A stretch of 63,516 nucleotides of DNA from Macrostomum lignano (lineage: Eukaryota). The notes beneath the pieces were generated by a model. The model searched no databases. It was not told the DNA's origin and saw only the letters and a list, made by a program, of their open reading frames with translations. Shown here piece after piece: positions 1 through 12,806 of this stretch. The first letter of the stretch is position 1. Each line of letters opens with the position of its first letter. A program made the translations under genes and the position numbers. The stretch lies in assembly GCA_002269645.1 (NCBI GenBank), contig NIVC01002639.1, positions 62,485 through 126,000 of the forward strand, read 5' to 3'.

Positions 1-2076
1 ATTACTGATGTGGCAAATTGAACTCCGTGGAAATGGTAGATTGGTAGGCCTAGTTATCAAAATGTCCAGATTAGGCCTGCACTCTGACTTCATTCCACTG
101 GATGCTAGGTCGCTCTCAAATACTAGGTAGGGGCCTAAGTTAATTTTTTTACTTTTTTGAATTTTTACTATATTGTTACTGCTGTAAGAGAAACGATGAC
201 ACATACAGTAGTACACAGTACATACCACAAACAAAAAATAAAAGCGTTCTTCCAGGAAAATTTAGAGCATAATCTATATTTGAATAATTCTTTAGAGAAA
301 CAAAAACCTACTTACTTTATTCAAAGATATTGGTTGCTTAGGACTTTAAATTAAAATATAAAAAATTATTCACATTACTACTTTTCATATTACTTTAAAA
401 ATCTCAAAGAAAAAATCTAAAAATATCAAAGCCGAGAAATCTACACTTTAAAAACCCAGGGTCGGTGTGGTTGGTTGGGTGGGCTACGCCATCTGGGCTA
501 ACTGTTCGGGTGATAATTTTTATTTGGATTTCTGAAACAATTTTGAGTAGGCATAGTTTTTTTGCAATTTTAGGTAAGAATGACTCAAATTTGAGAAATT
601 TTAAAGTAGTCTATGACACTTTCCATAGTGAATTTAATAATTACAGTCGTTTCGGTGACAAGACGTTTCGGTGACAGTGGGTGCAAAATTTGGTGCAATT
701 TTTTCACTAAATCATCCATAGCACTGCTCCACTTTTACCAATGGTCTTAAAATTTGACATAAACAATCTTTGACAACTATTTTGACACGATCATGTAAAA
801 TGTTGAGTATCAAAGTTAATCCTAGGCCTAAATGGCACTGTGCACTTTTAAAGTTAGGCTGTTTTTGTCAATGAGGCAGCCACCCAACCTCCTCTCCACC
901 TGTCTATCTTTCTCAATCTGGGCCCAGATATGTAAAAGGGGTTGTAAAAACTAAAAATGACTATCTTTTAGCTGCCATAATTTTACTCCATGTAAAGCAA
1001 TTGATTTCAAACTTGACATAGTCATAGGGCCTTTTTTGTCATTGACTAGACCCAGACAAGATGAAGGTCACAAGACATCAGACTAGATTAATGCAGTGCT
1101 GCGTCCAGTGTTTCTAATTGCTATTGAGCTGACAGCTGAATGAGCTGAGCTATTGAGCTGAGGTGAGAATTATAAGGAGATCAAACAAAAATGTTAAGCA
1201 TTTGGAATTTGGATCATCATTGGATAGTTTGGATAGACAGAAACTTTGAAACATACTATTAGTGTTATACCAGTTTTTGTCTACAGCAGTGCAGCGCATC
1301 CTGGTCTTGAAAATCGCACCCTGAAATCTAGAACGCACAGGGTACAAAATCACACCCAAGTTATAGACAAAAAAAACCCCAAGGCAGTAAATCCATCCTC
1401 TAGGGAAAGACATGTCCTCAATGTCCCTCCCCTTGGCTAGGCCTATGCCCTTGGATTTGAGTCAGAAAAAATTAGGCAAGATTAATAAGGTCTATATTTT
1501 GAGAATTTGAGTATATTATTCAAAATTATCTAGAAGCAAACAATGGAAAGGCATGAAATGTTTAACTTGGCTTATATTTATCTAACCTGCATATCCATAT
1601 ACTAAAAATGGTTTGTCAGTATATGTATGTGTGATTAGTTTTAGAAAAATAGCTCAACCTATTTTCTTAAAACAATCAAGGTATTTATCAAGGACTTAAC
1701 TACTTACTTATGCTTCATTTTTTCTATAGATTGTTATATTGATAGGCATTAAATAATATAATTCCTCCATGATTTATTGCTATTAGATTATCCAACTATT
1801 CTTTTAGGCCATTTGAATTTTTAATGCAATATGCAATATTTAAACTGAATTGTTAATCTTTAGGCCTATTACTCATACAAGTCCTAATACTAATAGTTGA
1901 TGATAATCTATTATAAATAATAAAAGCCTATATTAGAATAATCAATATTAGAAAATGTTAGCTCTAATCATGTTTTGAAATAATTGCTTGCAGTTTATAA
2001 ACTTATAATCCAATTTAGTATGTTTTGTTATATCATTTGTTACATACATCATGTTACATACATCATTTTGTTACAA

Positions 2077-2329
2077 TTGTTATATCATACCAAAAGATAC
2101 TGGTATGATGTAACAATTTATAGGTGTCTATAAAATTTATATTGTGTCTAGTGCATTTATAGGTATCTATGGGTTTTCTAAAAACTCTTAGTATACATAT
2201 ATACTAAGTTAGTATATATTTATACTAAGTATATATCTAAGTATATATAAGTATATATATATATATACTAAGAGTTTTTAGAAAACCCATAGATACCTAT
2301 AAATTGTTACATCATACCAGTATCTTTTG
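2077..2329. repeat. Nested AT-rich foldback / palindrome
   Basis: Arm 2264-2329 is the reverse complement of 2091-2124 plus 2155-2195; an additional hairpin 2077-2092 / 2101-2116; TA-rich centre. Confidence 0.8.
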
Positions 2330-2771
2330 AAGTTTCACTAGTCAGCAGACACTTGATATACTTGTAATTTTTAGGTATGCCACATTGCACTATCACTAGA
2401 CTACAATATTCCTACATCATGCTGCCACTATCTATATTTAAATTTTCTATGTCAGTGTGTATAAAAATATTGTGCTATACTAGAGCCAAATTTTAAAACT
2501 GAAAAGATGTTTTTTAATAAATAAGTATATATTGTATAATAAAAGCATAGGCCCCTATTTGTTGTACAAAATCTGCTAGTCTGGCAAAATTGCTATTAGA
2601 TATTAGCATATTAATTCAAAGAGTTATTTTAATGTGAGTTTTGTGTGTCCTGATAATTACAGCATCTCAAATTTTAACCCTAGATACAAAATTCAAAATT
2701 GAAATAAAAAATATCAGGCAATAATGTTCAACTCTTCTCTCATGTTATTTTTCAGATCTTGCTTGCCAACA

Positions 2772-5700
2772 ATGGATCAAGGTGATTTAATCAAGGAGCG
2801 CACAGTGGCTGGCCTTTTAGCCAGACTAAAGAGTTATGCTGTAAGCAGAAAATATTATTTGCTTTGTAAATGCTGTATTCTTTTTTAGCTAGTTTATTAA
2901 ACACTTGTTGAAAATTTGCGCTGTAATGCTAAGCTTTGTTCTGTACAGAAATTTTGGATTTCATTAATTTTTATTTACAGCTTCAAGGTAATAAAAGGGT
3001 CTGAATTTATTTTGAAAAGTTTCAGCTACTAATAGTAGCGAGTGAATTAGAAACTCACCTTAACTCAACTCAACCTCCCGCAGTCGCTGCCCTGGTCCAA
3101 CAAGCCAATCGAAGTGTCGCCATTAGTTTGCTCTCGTCATGGCTGGTTAAGCCGAGAGCCCGACACTCTTGGCTGCGTTGACTGCGGCGCTTCGCTGTGC
3201 GTTCGTCTGCCGCTGCAGACAACTGAGAACTGTAAGCCTCAACAGCTTCAACAAGATTGAAGAAATTCGAAATTTTATTTTAAGACTTTTTTAAATGCAT
3301 GTTTTTCATACACTACTAGCTTTAGTCTGAGTAGAGTAGTTTGATTTTTATCGGTATTTTTATAAAGATCTTCCACATTTTTTCATATTTAGACGGCCAG
3401 CAATTAATGGACATGGTGACAAATTTGGCGAGGGCTCATTCTGATAGCTGTCCGTGGCTGAATGACCCTATGCCGGGTGAGTCTTTATCTGAAATTTATT
3501 GAATCACCTTGGTAAGCTACAATGTACTTCTCATAGGGTGAGGTTCTTAGCGATATTGTGACATCTCATGGGATGAGATTCTCAGAGATTGTAATATATC
3601 ATAGAGTGAGATTCTCAGCAGTATTGTGACATTTCATAGGGTGACATTCTAAGCGGTATTGTGACATCCCATAGGGTGACATTCTCAGCGGTATTGTGAC
3701 ATCTAATAGGGTGACATTCTCAGCGGTATTGTGACATCTCATAGGGTGACATTCTCAGCGGTATTGTGACATCTCATAGGGTGACATTATCAGCGGTATT
3801 GTGACATCTCATAGGGTGACATTCTCAGCGGTATTGTGACATCCCATAGGGTGAAATTCTCAGCGGTATTGTGACATCTAATAGGGTGACATTCTCAGCG
3901 GTATTGTGACATCTAATAGGGTGACATTCTCAGTAGCATTGTGACATCTCATAGGGTGAGATTCTCAGAGATTGTGACATTTCATAGGGTGAGAGTCTCA
4001 GTGTTATTGTGACATCTCATAGGGTGAGAGTCTCAGCGGTATTGTGACATCTCATAGGGTGAGAGTCTCAGCGGTATTGTGACATCTCATAGGGTGAGAG
4101 TCTTAGTAGTATTGTGAGATCTCATAGGGTGAGAGTCTCAGAGATTGTGACATTTCATAGGGTGAGAGTCTCAGTGTTATTGTGACATCTCATAGGGTGA
4201 GAGTCTCAGCGGTATTGTGACATCTCATAGGGTGAGAGTCTCAGCGGTATTGTGACATCTCATAGGGTGAGAGTCTTAGTAGTATTGTGAGATCTCATAG
4301 GGTGAGAGTCTCAGTGGTATTCAGTGGTATTGTGACATATCATAGGGTGAGAGTCTCAGTAGTATTGTGAGATCTCATAGGGTGAGAGTCTCAGTGGTAT
4401 TCAGTGGTATTGTGACATCTCACAGGGTGAGAGTCTTAGCGGTATTGTGACATCTAATAGCGTGAGAGTCTCAGTGTTATTGTGACATCTCACAGGGTGA
4501 GATTCTCAGTAGGATTGAGACACCTCATAATCTTCATAGGGTGAGATTCGCAGTAAGCCATGTGAGACCTTACTAATTGAGAACTAGAAAGATATGAGCA
4601 TGTTTCATGATGACGTGGTGAGTTGCGTCATAAATCATTCAAAGTATTGGCAGTTACCAATAGGATCAGCTTAAATCCACCCCGCAGACGACACGCCGCT
4701 GCTGCCTTTCACCGATCCCGACGCTGATCTGCGCGCCTTCCTCAACATCAGCGAGAGTCTGGCCCCGATTAGCGCAGCCGTGAATCCCAATGTTCGATTC
4801 ACCTTGCAGGTACCACTTTTTTTCTACTATCGATAATTACGCAAATATCGATTATTATGAATTTGACAACTCTCCCCCTCCTCATCATGCAGTGCACCGT
4901 AGCCCGCGACCTGCTAGAGTTTGTACGCAGTCGCAGCGACTGCCTTCTCTCCCTGCCAGACGATGTCCGACAGCGCTGCTGCCTGCTGGCCGTGGCCGGC
5001 TGGTGCCCGGACACCACAACAGCTGCGGCAGCTGCCGCTCGGAATCGCCTGATCTGTTGCTGCTTCTGTCAGCGTCGAGTCGGCTTATTGAGTCTCAACC
5101 GCGGCTTGGAACAGCAGCAGTTGCAGGCTGCCTCCTCTGCTTCTACGGCGACAACCAACACGACTGTTGTCGTTGATGACGCTTCGTTATCCGACGGAGT
5201 CGAAGCCGGCATGTCGCTCGGAGCTGCCGCTGCAGCCGCCGCTGCTGTTACGGCTTCCAGCTGCGGCGGCAGCAGCGCCAACATGCCGGCCCCGAGCTAC
5301 GCCCTGACTGAGATGATCATCAACAGGCAGCTGCTGTTTGCTAAGAAGCAGCACAGCGTGTCTGATTGGTCGCTTATTAGCAATGCCGGCAGCGAGGCCG
5401 CCTCCGTGAGTCTTCTTTGAGTTCTATTCCTGTCCTGTGTCTGTCTGTTCTTCCTGTCCAGTGCCTATCTTGTCTGTCTTCTTCCTGTCCAGTGTCTATC
5501 TTGTCTGTCTGTTCTTCCTGTCCAGTGTCTATCTTGTCTGTCTGTTCTTCCTGTTTGTTCTTCCTGTCCAGTGCCTATCTTGTCTGTCTGTTCTTCCTGT
5601 CCAGTGCATATCTTGTCTGTCTGTTCTTCCTGTCCAGTGCTTATCTTGTCTGTCTGTTCTTCCTGTCCAGTGTCTATCTTGTCTGTCTGCCCTTCCTGTC

Positions 5701-7531
5701 CAGTATCTGTCTGTCTGCCTTTCCTGTCCAGTGTCTGTCTGTCTGTCTTTCGTGTCCAGTGCCTGTCTGTCTTTCCTGTCCAGTGCCTGTCTGTCTTTCC
5801 TGTCCAGTGCCTGTCTGTCTGTCTTTCCTGTCCAGTGTCTGTCTGCCCTTCCTGTCTAGTGGCTGTCTGTCTGTCTTTCCTGTTCAGTGTCTGTCTGCCC
5901 TTCCTGTAATCCTGTCCAGTGTCTGTCTGTCTTTCTTGTCCAGTGTCTGTCTGCCCTTCCTGTCCAGTGTCTGTCTGCCTTTCCTGTCCAGTGTCTGTCT
6001 GCCTTTCCTGTCCAGTGTTTGTGTTCATCCTGTCTGTTTTTCCTGCTCAATTTTCTTTTCTCTTCTCATGCTAATGATTTTCTTGACCCGTCCTGTCCAG
6101 CCGTCATCTCTGCTTGTCATACCTATCCATCAGCTCTCCAGTCTTCCCTCTCTGCTAGTTTACTCTGCTAATTTATCTGGAACAAATTCTTTTTACAAAA
6201 AAGGACAGCTCGCACTACAATGCTGTGTTGTGTAAATTGTAATCTGCAGACTTATTTGCTAAAATATTGGCAAGATTATTGATTAGATTGATTGATTAGT
6301 GCACTGCTACTGATGAACAGCTGGTTGTACCGGCGAACTTAGGTTATATGATTATCATTTCTCCTCACGCACGCATCATTTCACCTGGCCATCTGGCGCA
6401 AACATGATTCTGGAAATTTTCGCTAGCAACAAAAATAACTTTCAGTTCCTGTCGAACTGTGGATGGGCAAACAATTGATTTCGTAGGAAATTCGATAAAA
6501 TGACTTATTTTCGCGTGTTTCGATAGGCTCCAATTTTGTGACTAAGGGGATATTAATTCGAAAATTATTTCCTTTTTTGCTTTGAGAAGGAAATTTGAAT
6601 TGCTTCCTGTTGCTTCAGCATCTTTGAGTAGAAGTTGCCTACTCGGCTTTTATTACTACTGGGCTTCTTCCTGTCTCAGCAACTCTTTTGTAACGAACCA
6701 GACGCATTTGCTGTGTGCAAACTCTGCCTCCAGACTCCCGCTCTCCATTTGACCCCTCCGGTCTTCTTCTCCACTAGTCTATCCAGCATTTCCTAGAGAT
6801 TATTAGATCTCATAGTCAATAGAAGAAGAACGTTACTTGCTAGCCCCTGTGAAACGAATACGCCGCAGATGCGAGACCTCGACGATGTCCAGTCGGTGGC
6901 CGGCAGCACCGTGTCCAATCTGTCGGCCGGCGAAATCGCCAACCAGCTGCAGGATGTCGAACAGCAGCAGAAGCAGCAGACTCCGCCGCCTTCAGTCGGT
7001 TTGACTCTGTTGAATCTGCCGTCATCGTCGTCAGCTGGCGGCGACGGCAGCGTCAGCGGCGATCCGGACAACTGGTCCACCATGACCAACGCCGATAGCG
7101 ACCGGCGCTCCGTTGCTCAATCCGACGTCGCCACGTTCAGCGTCTGCGACGGCGACTTCGGCAGCGGAGGCGACATCGGCGGCGGCAGCGGCGGCAAGCG
7201 GCCTCGACTAGACGTTCTGGACGAGGCTGGCGCTTCATCGTCGATGGCGCCCGGTGCCGGCTCCTTGGCGCCGATTGTTAGCGTCGATTTGCTGGCTCTG
7301 CACTGGGCCTGGTGTCCCTGGCGGCCGGGCGACCCGTCAGAGGACTGGTGCCGCTCCGTGCTCAGCCACCCGGACCTGCCCACCAAGCCCGGCTTCTCGG
7401 ATGCCGGCAGCCCGGCCGCCGGCGCCTCGGCTGCTGGCGATCGGAACGGCGACAATGAAGGAGGCGACGGGTCCGACCAGCCGCTGCCTACCACGCCGCC
7501 AACGCCCACTCCGCAATCGTCTAGCGCTTGA
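2772..7531 (+). CDS. ZC3HC1: NIPA / zinc finger C3HC-type protein 1 ortholog, 6 coding exons, about 532 aa
   Basis: Exons 2772-2840, 3084-3231, 3393-3476, 4688-4809, 4893-5405, 6869-7531; all introns GT..AG and phases match (1599 nt). Translation has LLARLKSY-SLPWSNKPIEVSPLVCSRHGW..CVDC..AHSDSCPW (C3HC finger), CCLLAVAGW..CCFCQRRVGL, a basic KRPRL motif and C-terminal HWAWCPW, all matching the NIPA/Rsm1 family as I recall it. Confidence 0.9.
3530..4530. repeat. 35-bp minisatellite in ZC3HC1 intron 3
   Basis: Unit ATTGTGACATCTCATAGGGTGAGAGTCTCAGCGGT with variants. Confidence 0.95.
5420..6050. repeat. Pyrimidine-rich degenerate tandem repeat in ZC3HC1 intron 5
   Basis: Recurrent GTCTGTCTGTTCTTCCTGTCCAGT. 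Confidence 0.95.
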
Positions 7532-7544
7532 TTGATTGGTTGAT

Positions 7545-8200
7545 CTGATCTGCTAGTTTGTTAATTGAGTTGATTTATTGAGCTGGAATTGATTGATTGA
7601 CAGTTTATTGTCTATAGGTTGATTGATTGATCTATTTGGGTAATTGATTGATTGATCTATTTGGTTGATTGATTGATCTATTTGGTTGATTGATTGATCT
7701 ATTTGGTTGATTGATTGATCTATTTGGTTGATTGATTGATCTATTTGGTTGATTGATTGATCTATTTGGTTGATTGATTGATCTATTTGGTTGATTGATT
7801 GATCTATTTGGTTGATTGATTGTTCTATTTGGTTGATTGATTGATCTATTTGATTGATTGATCTATTTGATTGATTGATCTATTTGATTGATTGATCTAT
7901 TTGGTTGATTGATTGATCTATTTGGTTGATTGATTGATCTATTTGATTGATTGATCTATTTGATTGATTGATCTATTTGATTGATTGATCTATTTGGTTG
8001 ATTGATCTATTTGGTTGATTGATTGATTGATCTATTTGGTTGATTGATTGATTGATCTATTTGGTTGATTGATTTATTTGGTTGATTGATCTATTTGGTT
8101 GATTGATTTATTTGGTTGATTGATCTATTTGGTTGATTGATTGATCTATTGGTTGGTTGATTGATTGATCTATTTGATCGATTGATTGATTGATCTATAT
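7545..8200. repeat. GATT-based compound micro/minisatellite (about 21-bp unit)
   Basis: TTGGTTGATTGATTGATCTAT repeated directly after the ZC3HC1 stop. Confidence 0.95.
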
Positions 8201-8589
8201 GGTCAATTGACTGGTTCGTTAATTAATTTATTCTTTTTGACGGATCTCATAAAAGCGACTGAATCTTATCAATCAATTCTAGCATTTCATGGCACTCAAC
8301 TGCTGCATTATAAATTATAAGTTGATCGGCTTGTTAAATGTTCAATGGTTTGTTAATAGCAGTTTTCTGTTAATAGTAGTATCTAGCATTGTTATAATAC
8401 CGGTATGTAATTTTTATTTCCTATTTTTGAGATTCTTGCTATGGTGAGCTTTTTTATCTACAGTTCCCGTGTGACTATTTAACCTCATTTTGGGGCTTTT
8501 GAGGTGCATCCGTGTGTATGTGTGTGTGTGTTTAATCCCAGTTCCTTTCATCATTTTTATTTAATCAATTTAGGTCACTTCGGGTATAA

Positions 8590-9935
8590 GATTTTCACTC
8601 TCACTGTAAGAGTGACATTTTTGGAATGAGGGACATCTGTAGTTTTTTCACTCTCACTGTAAGAGTGACATTTTTGGAATGAGGGACATCTGTATTTTTT
8701 TCACTCTCACTGTAAGAGTGACATTTTTGGAATGAGGGACATCTGTATTTTTTCACTCTCACTGTAAGAGTGACATTTTTGGAATGAGTGACATCTGTAA
8801 GATTTTCACTCTCACTGTAAGAGTGACATTTTTGGAATGAGGGACATCTGTAGTTTTTTCACTCTCACTGTAAGAGTGACATTTTTGGAATGAGGGACAT
8901 CTGTAGGATTTTCACTGTCACTGTAAGAGTGACATTTTTGGAATGAGTGACATCTGTAAGATTTTCACTCTCACTGTAAGAGTGACATTTTTGGAATGAG
9001 GGACATCTGTAGGATTTTCACTCTCACTGTAAGAGTGACATTTTTGGAATGAGGGACATCTGTAGTTTTTTCACTCTCACTGTAAGAGTGACATTTTTGG
9101 AATGAGGGACATCTGTAGTTTTTTCACTCTCACTGTAAGAGTGACATTTTTGGAATGAGGGACATCTGTAGGATTTTCACTGTCACTGTAAGAGTGACAT
9201 TTTTGGAATGAGTGACATCTGTAAGATTTTCACTCTCACTGTAAGAGTGACATTTTTGGAATGAGGGACATCTGTAGGATTTTCACTCTCACTGTAAGAG
9301 TGACATTTTTGGAATGAGGGACATCTGTAGTTTTTTCACTCTCACTGTAAGAGTGACATTTTTGGAATGAGGGACATCTGTAGTTTTTTCACTGTCACTG
9401 TAAGAGTGACATTTTTGGAATGAGGGACATCTGTAGGATTTTCACTCTTACTGTAAGAGTGACATTTTTGGAATGAGGGACATCTGTAGGATTTTCACTG
9501 TCACTGTAAGAGTGACATTTTTGGAATGAGTGACATCTGTAAGATTTTCACTCTCACTGTAAGAGTGACATTTTTGGAATGAGGGACATCTGTAGGATTT
9601 TCACTCTCACTGTAAGAGTGACATTTTTGGAATGAGGGACATCTGTAGTTTTTTCACTCTCACTGTAAGAGTGACATTTTTGGAATGAGGGACATCTGTA
9701 GGATTTTCACTCTCACTGTAAGAGTGACATTTTTGGAATGAGGGACATCTGTAGGATTTTCACTGTCACTGTAAGAGTGACATTTTTGGAATGAGTGACA
9801 TCTGTAAGATTTTCACTCTCACTGTAAGAGTGACATTTTTGGAATGAGGGACATCTGTAGGATTTTCACTGTCACTGTAAGAGTGACATTTTTGGAATGA
9901 GTGACATCTGTAAGATTTTCAATCTCACTGTAAAA
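8590..9935. repeat. 53-bp minisatellite, about 25 copies
   Basis: Unit TTTTCACTCTCACTGTAAGAGTGACATTTTTGGAATGAGGGACATCTGTAGGA; period measured 8941 to 8994. Confidence 0.97.
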
Positions 9936-10284
9936 GTGAAGTTTTAGGGTAAAACACTCGCTGTAGCTTCCGTAATTTTAAAGTCCAACCGTTTTAAAAC
10001 AGATTGGGTATTACATGTACTTTAATTTTCTATGCACTTGTGCTAATGCGATGAAATATCGATTTTTTCTAATTAATCGACTTTAACTCTTATGTTTAAT
10101 GTTTCATCGACAATGACAAAGTAAACAGAACTTTATTGTCATCTTCTGCTAATATGCTGTTAAACTTACTGTAGTACTTTTTCTATGTAAATATCTGGTG
10201 TGTCACTTAACTATTCACTCAAATTTTCAATAGGCAGCCTCTCATGTTAACCTTCTTTGTCACCATTCTATCAATCAATGCAGC

Positions 10285-10815
10285 TAACCTCTCCCAAGAC
10301 TCGCCCCTCAACCTCCCCCAGAATCGCCCCTCAACCTCCACCAGAATTGCCCCTCAACCTCCCCCAGAATCGCCCCTCAACCTCCTCCAGAATCGCCCCT
10401 CAACCTCCCCCAGAATCGCCATCGCCCCTCAACCTCGCCCAGAATCGCCCCTCAACCTCCTCCAGAATCGCCCCTCAACCTCCCCCAGAATCGCCATCGC
10501 CCCTCAACCTCGCCCAAGAATCGCCCCTCAACCTCCCCCAAGAATCACCCCTCAACCTCCCCCAAGAATCACCCCTCAACCTCCCCCCCCGCAGAATCGC
10601 CCCTCAACCTCCCCCCCCCCGCAGAATCGCCCCTCAACCTCCCCCCCCGCAGAATCGCCCCTCAACCTCCCCCCCCGCAGAATCGCCCCTCAACCTCCCC
10701 CCCGCAGAATCGCCCCTCAACCTCCCCCCCCCCCGCAGAATCGCCCCTCAACCTCCCCCCCCGCAGAATCGCCCCTCAACCTCCCCCCCCGCAGAATCAC
10801 CCCTCAACCTCCCCA
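10285..10815. repeat. C-rich minisatellite
   Basis: AGAATCGCCCCTCAACCTCCCCC with variable poly-C. Confidence 0.95.
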
Positions 10816-11287
10816 AAAATCACCTTAATACTTGTACATGTAGACTCAAACTCCCAACACTTATTTCACTAAAAGTGGCCTCACTTTAATGCTTGGCGCC
10901 GCATATTTTATATCACTAACTTGTCCTTTACTTTTTCCGGTGTTATTATCAAGCGATTAAAAAGTGTTACAAAACTGTTAAAGCACCCGTCAATAATGCG
11001 CGAATGGAGACAATGGCAAGCTGTTGGTTGCCGTTATTTATCAAAACTTTTGCTTTACACCGCAGTAATCCAAGTTAGGGAGGTATTGTTAATCCTAATT
11101 TTGAATTATTTTCAGGGTTTCACTTCTAAAGTAAATTCGTCAAATTGTGTGCGTTTCTTGGCCACGTAATAAAACTTCGTTTTTCACTTCGATCCGTACC
11201 GCATGTAGATTCAGAATCAGAATTTCATCTTTGCAATTTGTCTTCTTTACTTTAATATAATCACCTCATTTCTTTATTTGTTCTTAG

Positions 11288-11655
11288 ACTCACTCACTCA
11301 CGCATTCACTAATTCATAAACTCACTTATTCACGCATTCACTAATTCATAAACTCACTTATTCATCCATTCACTAATTCATAAACTCACTAACTCACGCA
11401 TTCACTAATTCATAAACTCATTTATTCATCCATTCACTAATTCATAAACTCACTAACTCACGCATTCACTAATTCATAAACTCACTCACTCACACATTCA
11501 CTAATTCATAAACTCACTTATTCACGCATTCACTAATTCATAAACTCACTAACTCACGCATTCACTAATTCATAAACTCACTCACTCACGCATTCACTAA
11601 TTCTTAAACTCACTCACTCACGCATTCACTAATTCATAAACTCAGTCACATTCAC
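11288..11655. repeat. 32-bp minisatellite
   Basis: CGCATTCACTAATTCATAAACTCACT.A.TCA repeated. Confidence 0.95.
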
Positions 11656-12014
11656 TAAAGTATTTATTATTGATATTTGCTAGCAATTTAGCAGATACAT
11701 TCCTATAGCTACTAGTTAACAGGACCAATGCATGGTGAAACCTATATAGTGCCTAGCACTGTGTCATTCCATTTTGTTCTGTACTTTTAGTACCGTCTTG
11801 CTGTTCATTCTCGATAATACAAGTCCCTTCACATTATATGGCATATGCATTAAAGCTAATGTCCGTTGGGGAATGAAATCCATATTAATATAGATTACTT
11901 TGTTTGATGAAACGGCATGACAGCCTAATGTGCTCAACTGAGTGATGCATGCTGTTCTCTAACTTCCTGGCATACATATCCTGCATCTTGCCGCTGCCAC
12001 AGAATCCTAGTATC

Positions 12015-12446
12015 GCCCCCTGTATCCTCCCAGTGTCTTTAAGGACTCGCCCCCCCCCCCTGTATCCTCCCAGTGTCTTTAAGGAATCGCCCCCTGTATC
12101 CTCCCAGTGTCTTTAAGGACTCGCCCCCCCCCTGTATCCTCCCAGTGTCTCTAAGGAATCGCCCCCTGTATCCTCCCAGTGTCTTTAAGGACTCGCCCCC
12201 CCCCCCCCTGTATCCTCCCAGTGTCTCTAAGGAATCGCCCCCTGTATCCTCCCAGTGTCTTTAAGGACTCGCCCCCCCCCTGTATCCTCCCAGTGTCTTT
12301 AAGGACTCGCCCCCCCCTGTATCCTCCCAGTGTCTTTAAGGACTCGCCCCCCCCCCTGTATCCTCCCAGTGTCTTTAAGGACTCGCCCCCCCCCCCTGTA
12401 TCCTCCCAGTGTCTTTAAGGACTCGCCCCCCCCCCTGTATCCTCCC
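12015..12446. repeat. Minisatellite with variable poly-C (about 33-40 bp)
   Basis: TGTATCCTCCCAGTGTCTTTAAGGACTCGC(n). Confidence 0.95.
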
Positions 12447-12586
12447 GCAAAGAACTTTTAATTGTTGATCAGTAGTTTTATTTCCGTGAACATCTTTTTG
12501 TCACTCAAATTTTTACACGCAATAAAAAGGTCAATTATTTGGGACTAAACGTTTTATGAGAACTGAGTTTCATTAGCTGAAAATCT

Positions 12587-12770
12587 TCAAACCGAGTCCT
12601 CATCAATGTCGCTTTCAAGGGCCGAGTTGCTGCCGTTCACTGTTAGATAGGTGCCGGTCATCTGGGGTGAGAGGCGGTGGTTCGGGGGGATTATGTCCGT
12701 CTGTCTATCTATCTATGTATCTATCTATCTATCTATCTATCTATGTATCTATTTATCTATCCATCTATCC

Positions 12771-12806
<36 letters not shown>

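Noticed and set aside
643-676. CGTTTCGGTGACA doublet as a transposon TIR
   Set aside because: No matching inverted end in the window.
5417-6235. Cys/Leu/Ser-rich ORFs; likewise 10244-10889, 43195-43953, 46412-47910, 50981-51850, 55050-55508
   Set aside because: All coincide with tandem arrays and are open in several frames.
6660-6795. Cryptic exon or BED-finger remnant (CAG|QLFCNEPDAFAVCKLCLQ..) in ZC3HC1 intron 5
   Set aside because: Runs to a stop with no donor, lacks the BED His pair, and the gene is complete without it.
6844-7025. Alternative ZC3HC1 acceptor giving PVKRIRRR (NLS-like)
   Set aside because: Out of phase with the donor at 5405 and loses the conserved HWAWCPW frame.
8590-9935. 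Regular 53-bp repeats with internal hairpin as a CRISPR array (also considered for the 48-bp and 35-bp arrays)
   Set aside because: Units are contiguous with no unique spacers, no cas genes, and the context is eukaryotic.
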